Source: Chrysomallon squamiferum (Eukaryota > Animalia > Mollusca). From it: 64,000 nt of DNA. Positions 13,004 to 26,379 of this stretch are shown here, piece by piece (within the stretch, counting starts at the first letter, position 1; every line of letters begins with the position of its first letter). A program made the translations under genes and the position numbers. The stretch lies in assembly GCA_012295275.1 (NCBI GenBank), contig CM022676.1, positions 5,146,001 through 5,210,000 of the forward strand, in the 5' to 3' direction. The notes below the pieces were generated by a model, which was given only the letters and a program-made list of their open reading frames with translations, did not search any database and had not been told where the DNA came from.

Positions 13004-15302
13004 GTTTTAATAATACAGGTTAATGACCTTCGCTTTTTCAACTATTTTAAATATTCATATCCTCAAGGTTGTTTTTGATGATTTAACATATAGAAAGTAT
13101 CTTCAAGCACAAAATGATTAAAAATATTATACGAAACAAACTATAAACAGATTTCTCATTCAGGCTTTTATCGTTTTCCAATTATACTAAAAAAATGTGA
13201 GAAATTCTGAGAATCGAAATGCTTTTGGTCTCAAACATTAATGATTATCTGCAGTAATAACAATAAAAAATACTGACCTGTATGTATTCTCATATGGGCT
13301 CGAAAATGAGAGGCATTGGAGAACGTTTTTTCACAAACATCACACTGGAACGGTTTCTCACCTGAATGCGTTCGTCTGTGCACCTGCAGTGAAGCGTTGT
13401 ATAAAAACGACTTATCACATAGGTCACACCTGTGAAAAAGGTAAATAAAAAAAGTGTAAAATGAAATAAAGTTTAAAAATTTAAAGATTTACACCTGTGA
13501 AAATTTAATTTTTAAAAGTACAAAAAGCCGAAATTTGAAAAAAAAAAAAATGAAAGATTTATTTTTTATCACATAGGTGATGATGTCATAACATTTATAA
13601 TGACATCACAACTGTCAGCATCCAAGTGTTGTATTCTCATACTTTGTTTTTAACAAATATTAGTTGCTCACACCATTGCAGTAATAACTTGGAAGTATAA
13701 ATCAGTTTTTTTTTATTCAAACCATAATATCCATATCATCAAATGTATCCTTTAACAGACCAATTCTTTATACCATGACTGTCCAGAACAATAAAATAAC
13801 AATCTGGAAGCATAAACAATATTTCTTATACCATTTACTCATAGTAACAAACTGTCTGTCATTTAGTTGGCCACAACAATAAAATATTAATTTAGAAGTA
13901 AAACCATAATCCTTCTTTTACCATTATTCATATTTATAAAGGTGTATTTTAAGAGACAAATTCCGTCATGTGATCAACAGTATTTTATCTCTGTTCTTGG
14001 CAACCATTGTTACTGTCACACGACAAAGTCTGGTCTGATGAGCAGTACTTACTCATACTTGCGTCTGCCAATGTGAGTCAGTTTGTGTCGTCCCAAAATG
14101 GACGAAGAGGAGAAACTCTTGCTGCACATGAAACACTTGAACGGTTTCTCTCCTGTGTGAGATCGGATGTGATCTTTCAGAGTCGTTGAGAGGGCAAATG
14201 ACTTCCCACACTCACCACACTGAAATGGTCTCTCGCCTGTAAATATTTATTAAAAATAATCAAAATATTCCTAGGTTGTTTGGTTAATTATTTGTAACCA
14301 GTTTAAATGAAAAAGTTTAACTCAGGCGGTAACAATGCACACACGCACACACACACACAAACATGCATATATTACCATATTTGTTCAGTTATAAGCAAAA
14401 ACAAATTTCAAGTTCCCAAATTCAATATACAATATCAAACACTAGGATAAGAAATCAAAAGCTTATTATGCCATCTTGATACTGATTGGTGTACACAATA
14501 CAAACACACACATACATACACACAGACAGACACATTTATTTTGTACTTGATTAAAAAAAAGAGAGAATTTGTAAAATAATTAGTTAAGTTTTAATTTACC
14601 TATAAATACATCTACACTAATTAAAATGTTATTACTATTTCAACTTATACCTAAAAAATACTGTATTTACATTGTACTTAGTAATGTACATTGTCAAATT
14701 TTTATTTTTGGTAATATGAGAAAATTAGCTGTGTATATTTATTTACCTATATCTATATATATATATATTTTAAATTATATTTCTCTTATTTCATATAAAT
14801 ATGTTGATGTTAATGTCAATAGTAACCTAATTATATTTTATATTTTATATGAGTGATAACATTGCTTCTTTGTTAGAACTAGCAGTTCGATAAAAAAATT
14901 CTTCAATTTTGTACACTTTCATGATTGTCTAATGTTTTGGTTAAAATATCTTGCATGTGTCTCATTTATTTACTGTTTAATGATCTAGTTAACTGCTTAA
15001 ATAAATTTCATATGCTGCCAATTGATTATTTAATCTCTTTTCTTGATGTATCTTTGTTATTTTTTAATTTCATTCAGTGATTTTATGCACCGTATATTTC
15101 TTTTGTCCCTATAAAGATATGATGTAAATATTCAAAGCATGATTATATGTTATTGTGGAATTGTTTTGTTTGTTTTTATCCTTATAAATCAGTATATTTG
15201 AAGGAAATTATCAAATCAATCTATATTAATTTTATTATCTAATTAATGGTTTATATTTTCTTTGTTTTTAAATTATATATATTTTGTAAAGATCTTAGTG
15301 AT

Positions 15303-15337
<35 letters not shown>

Positions 15338-18300
15338 TTGGTGGTACAAACAAAAAACATAAAAAATGACCATTTATTTCCAGTTTATTCATTTCTTTGT
15401 CACAGAAACAATTAATAAATTATTAGCATGACCAAAAAACAATACCAAAATAATGCACTCATTTCCACATCCTAAAACAATCTATTATTCAATTTTTTAC
15501 CACCATGCTTTTCTAATAATAAATTTCAGAATAAAATAGCAATTAAGTTAGCACCAATATTTTCTATAGTAATTTATGAAAATAAACAGTTAAATTACTG
15601 CCACTTTTTTACCAACAATAAAGCAACAATTGTTTACAGGAACACTTTTTTAATGATAAATCCTGAAAATAAAATAACAATAAATAGTCACCAATCTTTT
15701 TTTAGTAATAAAATAATCATTTTTTCACCACTAAACTTTTCTAATAATAAATCCTGAGAATAAAATAACCATTATTTACAACCAATCTTTTCAAATAATA
15801 TAGTAACAATTTATTTACTATTAAACTTTTCTAATAATAAATCCTGAGAATAAAATAACAATTATTTACCACCAATCTTTTCTAATAATAAAGTAACAAA
15901 TTTTTTACCGCTAAACTTTTCTAATAATAAATCCCAAATTAAAATAACAATTATTACCATTAATCTTTTCTCAGAATAAAATAACAGAATAAAAATAATT
16001 AACAAAACAACTGGAAGAAGCAACTCAGAATTCTATATATATATATATGTATGTATAGATATATTTTTTTATCATGATCTATGACAAATTTTGATAAATG
16101 TCACCTGTATGGGTTCTCATGTGTCTGTTCAGCTCAGAGGGAGAAAAGAACTCTTTCTGGCACACGTTGCACTTGATCAGCATCTCTCTGCTGTGTGAAC
16201 GTTTGTGCATCATCAGACGATGGCGGGAGTGATAGACTTTCGGGCACTGGTCGCAAGGAAAGGAGCAGTCTCCTGTCCGGGCCTGAAGACTCCTTACTCC
16301 TTTGCTGGCAGTCACAGGACCCTTCACGCCCAGCTTGGCCTCCTTCAGGTGACTCCACATGTGTTTTCGTAAACTTCCGATTTCAGCGAAGTGTATCCCA
16401 CACACATCACATTCCTTGGCTTCATCTCCAGTGTGCGTGGCTACATGTTCCTGTTAACAGAAAAAAAAAATTTGTTTTTTTAAAATGTACCATTCAGTAT
16501 CATCTTTTCAGTTCCAAACTAGCAAAAAAAAATCAGAAAGTGAAATTTAAACAGAAGAAAAAAATTAACATGTGGCATCATCCTCAGTATGTGTAGCCAC
16601 GTTCCTGTTCATAGAGAAAAATTATTTTAAAAAATATATTTATTAAATATCCACTTTTTCAAACTATGATAGTAATGAATGACAAAAATTAAAATAAAAA
16701 TAAAAATAAAAATAAAAATAATAAAAATTTAATATTTTAAAATAATTTTTAGAATGACTGTAATGACATAGCAGCTGTTACATACACTCACACTCATATT
16801 ATTAGTATCATTATTATTCTCACACTTTATAATTAGAAAAGATTAGCTGCAAATAAAATATTACTTTATAATAAAAATATTGGTATTTTAAAATAATTTT
16901 TAGAATGACTAACAATGTAGCAGCTGTTATGCACACTCACATTATTAGTATCCATTATTATTCTCACACTTTATAATTAGAAAAGATTAGCTGCAAATAA
17001 AATATTATTTTATTATTATTATTATTATTATTTTCTTCAAAAATTACCTTTAGGTGCCATGACCGAAAGAATCCTTTTCCACAAATGCCACATTTGTGAT
17101 CTCGTGCCATGTGGGTCGTTGCGTTATGGTGAACAAGCTTGGAATGGGAAGACAACTCTTTGCCGCACGTTTTGCATATAAACTTCTGGTACTCCAATGT
17201 GTGCATTTTCATGTGGACGCCGAGGGTTCCAGACATCTTGAAACTTTTGTTGCACACACCGCACAGGTAAGGATTGTCTGTCATGTGTTCGTTCATGTGC
17301 TTCAAATACGGCGAATAGGCATGGAATCCTATCTTGCACACTTTACAAATGTACACGCCTTTTCCTTAGCTTTTTTTTTCAGTTTCTGTAGCATTTCCAT
17401 GGAAATGTTTCCCTCGTTAGAGTCAGGCGCGCTCTGTTTCACAACCTCGGTTTCGATTTTTCGATCGCAGTAGCTGGGTTTTTTCAAAATTTCGATGATG
17501 TTCGAGTTCTCGTGCGATGCAAGATGATTGTCGTAGTCGTCTTTGGTGATGTAGGTTAAATAGCAACTAGGACAATGGAACAACTCCGCTGATTCAGATA
17601 TAGCAAACATTTCTGGTTCACGCTGCTTTTTACCTTTTGCTTTTTACCTCTGGGACTTCTTCGGTTCTGTTTTTCTTTCGGAGAAGATTTCTCGTTCTCG
17701 TCATTTGGTTTCATTTTTTTATGCCCCAAACGTTTTGTTTCTTTCTCTTTATTACACTAATTTCATTTTCTCCTTCAGTTACATCTCGGGCCGGTTCGTC
17801 GTTTTCTTCCTCCTCTTCATTTTCGACATTATCGGTTTCCATGGTCACTGAATTCTATTTGTTGCAGAGATGCATGAGGCATTGATGCGTGAATCATCCT
17901 GTGCAGCATCAGTGAGTAGTGCACCGGGAAGGCTTTTGGACACAGACTGCACTTGTATCGTTCCTGTTTGTTGCTCCTCACTTTCTTCGTTTCAGAGTTT
18001 GCCATGGGGTGGTAGTCGAACTGGAATCGCGGGTCCCAGTGTATCTTCGAATGCGTTGTTAATCCAGACGACGAAAAGAAACCTCGGTTGCATCTGTGGC
18101 AGATGAAGCCGTTGCTGCTGCCACTGCAGTCGTTGCTTTTGTGGGACGTCAGCTCTTCGGATTTCGCGAATGTCTTGTGGCACTCGGAACACATGTAAGG
18201 TCTTTCTTCCAGATAAATATCACTTGAGATGGGCTTTGTGGCCGACTGCGTGATGTTGCTTTAACTGTGTCATGTAGATGACTGTCAGGTTCGACATGTG

Positions 18301-18882
18301 CAGCTTCAGTATTATTTGATGGAGTTGTTGACCGAGTGGCTTCAGCATCCTTTGTAAACTGAGCATCAGTTTTTTGACATCGTTTGTAAATTCCTTCTTT
18401 ATATCAAGAGCATTAACATTGTTTGTAAATTTCTTCTTTTTATTGTTAGCACCGGTATTGTCAATGTCTTTTTTACATTTCCTCTTTTTATTAGGAGCAT
18501 CAGTAGTGTTAACATCTTTTGTATATTTCCTCTTTTTACGAAGAACATTCTCATTTCCTTCTTCAACGCTGTTAACTTTCTTCTTATTTTTCTTCTTAGC
18601 ATCCAGTTTGTTTTTTGTAACATATTTCGTATTGTATTCCTTCTTTTTACGAGAACAGCCTACTCTGTTTTTTCTTTTAGAATTCTTCCTTTTTCGTCCC
18701 TTCTTTTTCTCAACAGCACCATTGAATTTTAGTTCCATGTTTCTCAACTCATTTACCAATTTCTGAGCACCACCTTCATTTAATTCTTCCTCCATGTTGT
18801 CGTCTAACTCAGTAGGTCCCACATCAATGATTGACTCAATAATGTAGTTGCCACAGGCTGTTTTCATTCCTGCAACAGCCAT
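12585..18882 (-). CDS. C2H2 zinc-finger protein 2 (16 fingers); first coding exon frameshifted in this sequence (assembly errors or pseudogene)
   Basis: Exons 18882-17048, 16450-16105, 14236-14053, 13429-13278, 12775-12585 have GT-AG ends and matching phases (HLK|EHVATH, HTG|ERPF, KYE|CDLC, HTG|ETPY). Exons 2-5 are fully intact. Exon 1 needs about 6-7 frame changes to link its fingers. Confidence 0.85.
12931..13000. repeat. (CT)n microsatellite
   Basis: ~35 CT units with one interruption, in the last intron of ZNF gene 2. Confidence 0.95.
15510..15990. repeat. 90-bp tandem minisatellite (intronic)
   Basis: ATAAATCC(TGAGAA)TAAAATAAC recurs at ~15657, 15747, 15837 and 15927, a period of 90. 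Confidence 0.85.
16735..17010. repeat. ~150-bp tandem duplication in ZNF gene 2 intron
   Basis: AATAATTTTTAGAATGACT...GCAGCTGTTA...TTATTATTCTCACACTTTATAATTAGAAAAGATTAGCTGCAAATAAAATATTA is present twice (~16741 and ~16892). Confidence 0.85.
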
Positions 18883-19459
18883 GTTGTCACAAGTTTTGTA
18901 CCTACTCAACTTAGAAATACCACAATGTCTGAAAAATAGTATAAAAATATTATAAAAGTAATGAATTAAAAATGACAAAATGAGTAAATTAGAAAATTAT
19001 ATAAAGAGAAAGTGAAATTATAAGACTATAAAACAAAAAAAAATTATTAGGAGAAAAAAATAAAAATTATAAAATGATAAATAAAAAATGTATTAAGAGA
19101 AAATATTAAAATATAAAATGATAAAATGCAAATTTTAAAATGATTTAATAAACTAAGTATATTATGATAAGTTAACATCTGTGAGCATGTGAAAATGTCT
19201 TATTAATACTATTTAGTCCCAATTATGACCTTTAATGACATTTTTATTTAGAAAATGTACATTTTGAAAGCCAGGATGTGACATTTTTTTTGTTTGTAAT
19301 ATTTCATTAATAATATGTCCACTTACAAAATTACATATGATGACAATATATTTATAATGTTCTCTTTGTGAAAAAGCCTGCTTTGCCTTTTTAATATTAA
19401 AATAAGTATTTTTAATTTATTTACAAAATATACAATGTCATATAAACTGACTACATGTA

Positions 19460-20130
19460 TATATTTCAGAATTTTGTTTTATAAGTTATAATATCTCTCG
19501 TTATAACAGATTCTCTAGTGTATTGTATCACATTTTTTCATCAGTTCAGTACAATGTCTGGGTATAATCTACTTCTGCCATAGTTCAATGTTTTGTATTA
19601 AAAGTCATAATACCTCTAGTTATAACAGAAATCTCTGGTGTATTGTATGTTTTCATCAGTCCAGTACAATGTCTGGTTATCATCTACTTCTATCACAGTT
19701 CAAAGCTTTACTTTTGAAGCCATAACACCTCTGGTTAGAATCTGGTTTATTGTATCATACTTTACATCAGTCCAGTACATCTACTGAGTATTATCTACTT
19801 GTATCAAAGTTCAAAGTTTTGTTTTAGAAGTTACAGTACATCTAGTTGTAACAGAATATTTGATATATTAATCACATTCTTTTTTAGTTAGTATGAGTAT
19901 CATCTACTTTTATCTTATTTCAAAGTTTTGCTTTAGAAGTCATAACATATCATTATATTGTAGCATAATAAATCATGTTTTTGTAAAATCCAGTATAACA
20001 ACTGAATGTCATCTGCTTCTATCATAGATCAAAGTTTTATTTTAAAAGTCATAAAACAGAATCTGTAGAGCACTGCATCATATTTTTATCTGTCCCATAC
20101 AATTCTTGCATATCTTTATTATCTATTTCT
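19460..20130. repeat. ~110-120 bp minisatellite array, copy B (same family and orientation as 9240-9730)
   Basis: CATCAGTCCAGTACAATG...ATCATCTACTTCTATCA.AGTTCAAAGTTTTG.TTTAGAAGTCATAA repeated about 5-6 times. Confidence 0.85.
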
Positions 20131-20967
20131 ACCATTAATTTTTGGTGGGGATTCATTATTTTCATAAAATGGGTAGGAATAACAAATTCTGACAGTTGTC
20201 AATTCCTGTTTTGTTTCTACCATTTTTCATTAATCACTGTCATGCTAGTCATTTCTGGCAAGATTCATTATTTAAAAATAAAAGAAGAAAAAGTTTAATT
20301 TTTTAATATTTATTGAGACTATTTAACATTTGATGAAAAAAATTCTGACCTCAGATTCAAAGATCAAGTTGTAATGAAACTGGTAACAAACAGGGTTGTT
20401 GTTTTACTTTAATTTTTTTTAATTATGACTTTGATACTACTACTACTACTAATAATGATGATGATGATGATGATGATGATGATAAAATAATAATGATGAT
20501 GATGTTAATGATAACAACAATGATAATTATAATAACAACAACAATAAATTCCATGCAAAAATAATTCACAACAAATGCCAGATTCTTAACAGTTTCAGAA
20601 GGCTGTTTCAAATGATTGTATTATATATAAAATTACATTTTATTTTCATTACAAGTACAAGCATATTTCTTCATTATTTTAGTGCAAATTTATATTAAAT
20701 CTGGAAGAAAAAAAAAGAAAGAAAAAAAAAAAGATTTGTTAATATCAGGCTGATAATGATTTAGCTAAAAAACACGGAAACAGTCATTTGAACAGAATAC
20801 CACATTGTACTATTTGTAGCCATTCAGTGTTCAGTGTTTAAATAATGATGATGATGATGATAATAATAATAATAGGTTTTATGTTACGTGTATAGGATCA
20901 GTAAAATAATTTAGTAAATCAGCCATACTATTTCTATCTACACGTGTACACATAAACACTGCATCAG

Positions 20968-21014
20968 CACGTGACTTGCGGAAGTCGGCATGCGACGTCA
21001 ATTTGCCGCCATTT
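20968..21014 (-). promoter_or_regulatory. Core promoter motif cluster of ZNF gene 2
   Basis: Within 47 bp: E-box CACGTGAC (20968), ETS GCGGAAGT (20978), CRE-like GACGTCA (20994) and YY1 GCCGCCATTT (21005; reads AAATGGCGGC on the minus strand). A plausible non-coding exon 20700-20350 (acceptor TTCTTCCAG, donor GTCAGA) lies between it and the coding acceptor at 18929. Confidence 0.65.
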
Positions 21015-22713
21015 ACAATGTTTTCATATTGTGATCCGGGCTCGGAGTTACAAGTTTGATCGATTCTGGTTTACAGTCAAGTTGTCAAAATACATTATGG
21101 CATTTTATGTCGTTCTATCTAACAGTACATTTTTCGAACGCACGCTGATGCATTCAGTGTTCGTGCATGCCGTGGTAAATAGAAAACAATGCAGAAAAAT
21201 GACAAATAACACTGCGATCTCGCTCTTTCTCTGTCGCATTCTCGTTAAAATATATTTCCCGTTATGCTTTAGCGTAAATGACGATACTAGGTAACATTAC
21301 CTTAACTGTTCGCTGAATCATGAAAGATGTATCTCGCACTCTCCACACGGCCATTTTTGCTGATCCATAACAAGACATGTAATGGGGAGACAACTCTGAT
21401 AGACGAATGCAGGTCGGAAATGTTAGGCGATTCTCAAACGATGTGTGAATTATTATTTAATATTTTTGTTATTTATTTATTTATTTATTTGCTTATTATT
21501 TCTTTTATTTAAATAAATAATAGATAAACAATTTTAATACAGTATCTTTTATAATAATAATAATAATTATTATTATTATTATTATTACTATTATTAATTC
21601 AAAAGGAAGGAAATAAATAAAAAGAAAATAGAGAAAAAAAAACAAAGTAAAACAAATTTACATAATTTTAAAAATAAAAATTTACAACATAAGATGTAAA
21701 TGAATTGAAATTTTTAATGAGGAACAATCAAGCCACATTTTTATGCGCTTTTCGCTCTATATGGAAAGGTAAAAAAAAAAATAAAATATATATATAGTAA
21801 TAAATAAGAATAACCCTGGAGTTAAGACTTAGCCATATTAGTCATATTTAAAGAGAAAGAATCTTGGCAAATGTTCTTAGAACTGTATGGATAGAAATAA
21901 TCGCGCTTAATTTACAAAAGGTGATTTTAGTAACTGCACCTATGAAATTTCCTGCCGGATTAAGTCTGTCACATTTTTATAGCCTTGTTGGTGCAATCTA
22001 ATACGGTGTGTTTACCATTACTGAATACTTTATGAGAGAGACAGAAAAGAGAGATGATGATAATAAAAAAAAAATATGAGATAATACATTTTTACTTTTA
22101 TTGCATAAATGGACCATAGCTTTATTGTTCGAAAGACGCCAGTTTTTAAGAATGTGTTCACGGCGTATTTTAATTTAACATAAAACGACGTATTTTAATT
22201 TCATTGGTCCAATGAAGATGCTTCAACAACAGCCATAAATTAACTGCAGTGTTACTACTGCTACGACGATGACATGAATGAAACGGTTTTATTATCGACA
22301 ACAAAGCATTTGTACAGTATTTGATGTCAGATTTGCGTGTCGTCACGCTTGAACGAAGCAGACGTTTTGGTTGCATGAAAAGCAAGGTGAAATGAAATAT
22401 CTGAATGTAATGAACCCGTAATTGCTAAATGTCGTGAGCAATAATTTGCACCTGTACATTTTGTTTGTTTACCCATTATCCCAAATCATCCCAAAGTTGT
22501 TCGTCTTTCTAACAATTTCTATAAATTGCCGATACGGAATTTAAATAAAACTATTAAATTCGGTCAGGTCAAAGAGAAGAATGGTTACGATTAAATAATG
22601 CACGTACCGTGTTTTTTTATTTTCTTATTTTGTTTTATTGAAGCTTAAAAAACAATCAGAACTTTTGAAACAACTAGATATATTTTATTTATTTCAATAA
22701 ATACCAAGACAGT

Positions 22714-22744
<31 letters not shown>

Positions 22745-23572
22745 TTTGTCTGTTTCTTAGTTTATACTTTTTTCTTTTTTTTAATATTTGTTATACATGC
22801 CTCACACGTGAGTTTATACACATGTACACCTATGTTTTTATGTATGTGTTCATGCCTTATTTTAAAATAGATTAAACACGTCTTAATTAATTAATTAATT
22901 AATATATATATATATTAATAAATTAATTTAGAAAACAAGAATATAAATTACATAAGAATTCCTACAAACTGAAAATAGAAAGAAACTTCTAATGACACGC
23001 GACATTTTGCTGTCTACCAAGACCCTAAAAGAGTCAAATGTAAAGATCGAGACTTTAATGGCTTTCTGAAAACTGCTCAAATGAACGGATGTCTTGGGTA
23101 ATATTGTGCGTCAAGTTAATGCTAAATTGAAAAGTTCTTTACAAAACAGACACGTCCACATTTAGCAAGAAGTGGACATCAAATTCAGTGGCCAATGATT
23201 ACAACCTAAAGACGTTTGTCGTGACGATTCTAAACCCTATCTGGAAACGTTTGACATATTTCCAGTAAGTTCGGGTTTATTTTTCCAGTTTTCGAAAATA
23301 AAGATAACTTCATCTGAAATTGCTACGTTTGATTGGTTTTGTTCAAAATTATCTTTATTTATTGCAATAGACTTATATATTTTTAATTTTATTTCATTTT
23401 TAGATTCTTCAAAATAATTCATTCATTGATCATAGATCTTTAATAGCAATAATGTTTTCCAAAAACGTAATTGGCTATTATGGTAAATAGAGAAAGCAAT
23501 TTTATTTCTTATCATGGTAAGATTCAGGTAGGAAATTAAATATAAATGAACAAAATACGAAAATAATCTTTC

Positions 23573-23609
<37 letters not shown>

Positions 23610-24699
23610 AACTTATTTATTAAAAATTTAAAGAAATATAAAATGTTTAAACAAACACATATCAAGTGAAAAACATAACACATTCTGCATGCAAACAGTT
23701 TATTTTAACTTGTAAACTATCACAGTCAGAGATGAACTGGAATAGTTTTGGCAAAAAAAAAAGAAAGATATAAACAAACATATACACTCCAAAATGAATC
23801 ACCAGAGTCATGCTTAAGACATAGTGAAGTCCTAAGCCATATATAAATCTTTTTCAAAAATCGTTTTACATGACAAAATATACATACTGAATTCCATGTA
23901 TTCATTTTTGTTTATTTTATCTTTTTATTTATGTTTTTTATGATTTATTTTTATTGATTTTTATTTATTTTTATTGATTATTATTTATTTTAATATTATT
24001 TTTTTATTTTATTTTATTGTATTTTATTTTATTTTATTTTATTTTTTTTTTTTTTAGTTTGAGGTTCTAAAACTGTAACTTGTTTAAATTCTCCACTGAA
24101 TTTCTCAGTTTTTAACTAAATTTACAATTCAGTACTGAATATACCAATTTATGTTTTTATTTATTTATGTGTTTATTTGTAATAAGAGTACATGTATATT
24201 TAAAATGAATAATTGCAGTTTTCTTATTATTTATAATAATAATAACAACAAACAACAATAATAATAATACCATCTCTTTCTTATACTTAAGGTTTCTTAC
24301 ATGTAGTTAGTAAATTTATGTCAGTTGTCCCATTGGGAGCAATGGGCATTTCAGATGGCCAAGGTTAAATTTTTCACTATTATGAATTATATAATATGTT
24401 GTTATAAACATATATGTTATATAGGTTTTACTGTTGTTCTGCATTGTCACAATGTTTTAAGTGAATTGAGAAGCACTGCTTTGAATGAAGCATGCTTCAC
24501 AAATACTATTATATTTGCTCTTTGTTTTCCATTAATTCTTTGGTGATGTCTCACAGTTTTGCCCAAGACATGCATGCTTGAACCATGCTATGAAATAAAT
24601 ATGTTGATGATTATACAGCCCCTACACGACTACATTATAATTTTCTTCTTTGTTTTTTTTAAATGTGGATATTTCAATAAATTAAAATCAAATTTAATA

Positions 24700-24918
24700 G
24701 ATATTTGGATAGATATACCAATATTGTTTTAAAGCAGATATTTGCATAGATTATACTAACATTGTTTTCAATGCAGATATTTGCATAAATATAGCAATAC
24801 TGTTTTCTATGCAAATATTTGCATATATAGAGAAATATTGTTTTCAATACAGATATTTGCATAGATATAGCAATATTGATTTTAATGTAGATATCTGCAT
24901 ATATATAACTATTGTTTT
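24700..24918. repeat. 38-bp minisatellite carrying octamer (ATTTGCAT) and Sox-like (ATTGTT) sites
   Basis: About 6 units of TATTTGCATAGATATAGCAATATTGTTTTCAATGCAGA; perfect octamers at 24740, 24779, 24817 and 24855. Confidence 0.85.
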
Positions 24919-26379
24919 TATTTATCCTGTGTTAGAATGGTCTCAATATCAATAGGAATTTGATATATTTACTAATTAAATTCTGTTTTATCCAATTATT
25001 ATTGTTGTTGTTGTTATTATTTTATTTATTTTATTATTATTATTATTATTATTAATATAAACTTGCCACAAAAACAGAATTACAGTTAGCTACCAATATT
25101 TTGCAATAAGAAAAATTAAAAAAACATACAAACCAATATATATAATTCTATTTTTCCTAAGTAATAAAAAATGTGGACGGAAAACTCACATGAAAACAAA
25201 ACATTTATCAGTCCACAAACACACCCAACAAATTTCTATTTACAATAAAAACACCAGTACAATTTAAAAAAAAAACAAAAGAAAACACTGGAATAAACAA
25301 TTTACATTACATATAAAAATACATATATAAATTTGCATAGCAATACTTTCAAACCCATTGAAAAAAAAATGATGGTTAACATTATGATGATATTACTTTT
25401 ATTTTCTACTTAGGAATGACTTTTTTTTATGTTGTTGTTGCTGCAGTTGTTGTATGATGTATGTAAGTGGGTGTATGTTGTCAATGTTGTTAATATTTGG
25501 AATGCTATAAGTCTGAAACATCAACAAATTAATACTATTTTCATTATGCAGTGAGCATAAAGAATACTGCAGGTAAATTTTAATAAACCAAATAAATAAA
25601 TAAATAACAATAATAATAAATAATTAATATAAAGGAATGTATGAAAATGTTTCAAATTTGAAACAAAAACATCTTCAATAATGAATAAATTGATGAATGT
25701 CTAATAACATTTCAGCACAGTGAAAAACATTTTTTTTTACACCAAAAATTAGACAAAAAATTTAAAAATATATTTTAATAAATAACTGAATGGTTCTCAT
25801 CTCAGATGAAAAAGTAAAATATATTTTAATTAAATAATACATTTCTGAATTATATTAAAAATTAAAGTGATGAAAATACTCACTTTTCCAGATATATACA
25901 GAAAATGCTGTTTAAACTGTTACCTTTAAATCAACACTCAACAATTAAATACTTTGACATTAATAAAAATTTAATTTTGACAAGGATGGATCAGGTGTTT
26001 CAAAATAGCCGAGATGAAATTAATAATAATAATAAAATAAAAAATAAACCCATATCCTTTGTAAATAAAAGAAATACACTTAGATTTATGTTATTGTCAT
26101 TAAAAAAAAATATATATAATAATAAGTGAAAAAGATGAAAATAACCATTTCATTTTACATGTAATGTGATTATGTAGTACATGAATACAAATTTTAAAAA
26201 TCATTCTTGGGACCAAGCTGAAATCAACCCCCCCCCATTTAATCACTACCCCAAATAAAACGTACAACAGGCCCAAATGTGTAATATATACTGATTGGGT
26301 GATTACTTAATAAAATGTATAGATATATTTAAATATCGCAGGACAAACCAGATGCCAGTAGTTTCATGCACATGGGTGG

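Noticed and set aside
24328-24347. Hairpin CCCATTG-GGAG-CAATGGG as a Helitron end or terminator
   Set aside because: Only a 7-bp stem, with no CTRR terminus or other supporting element structure nearby.
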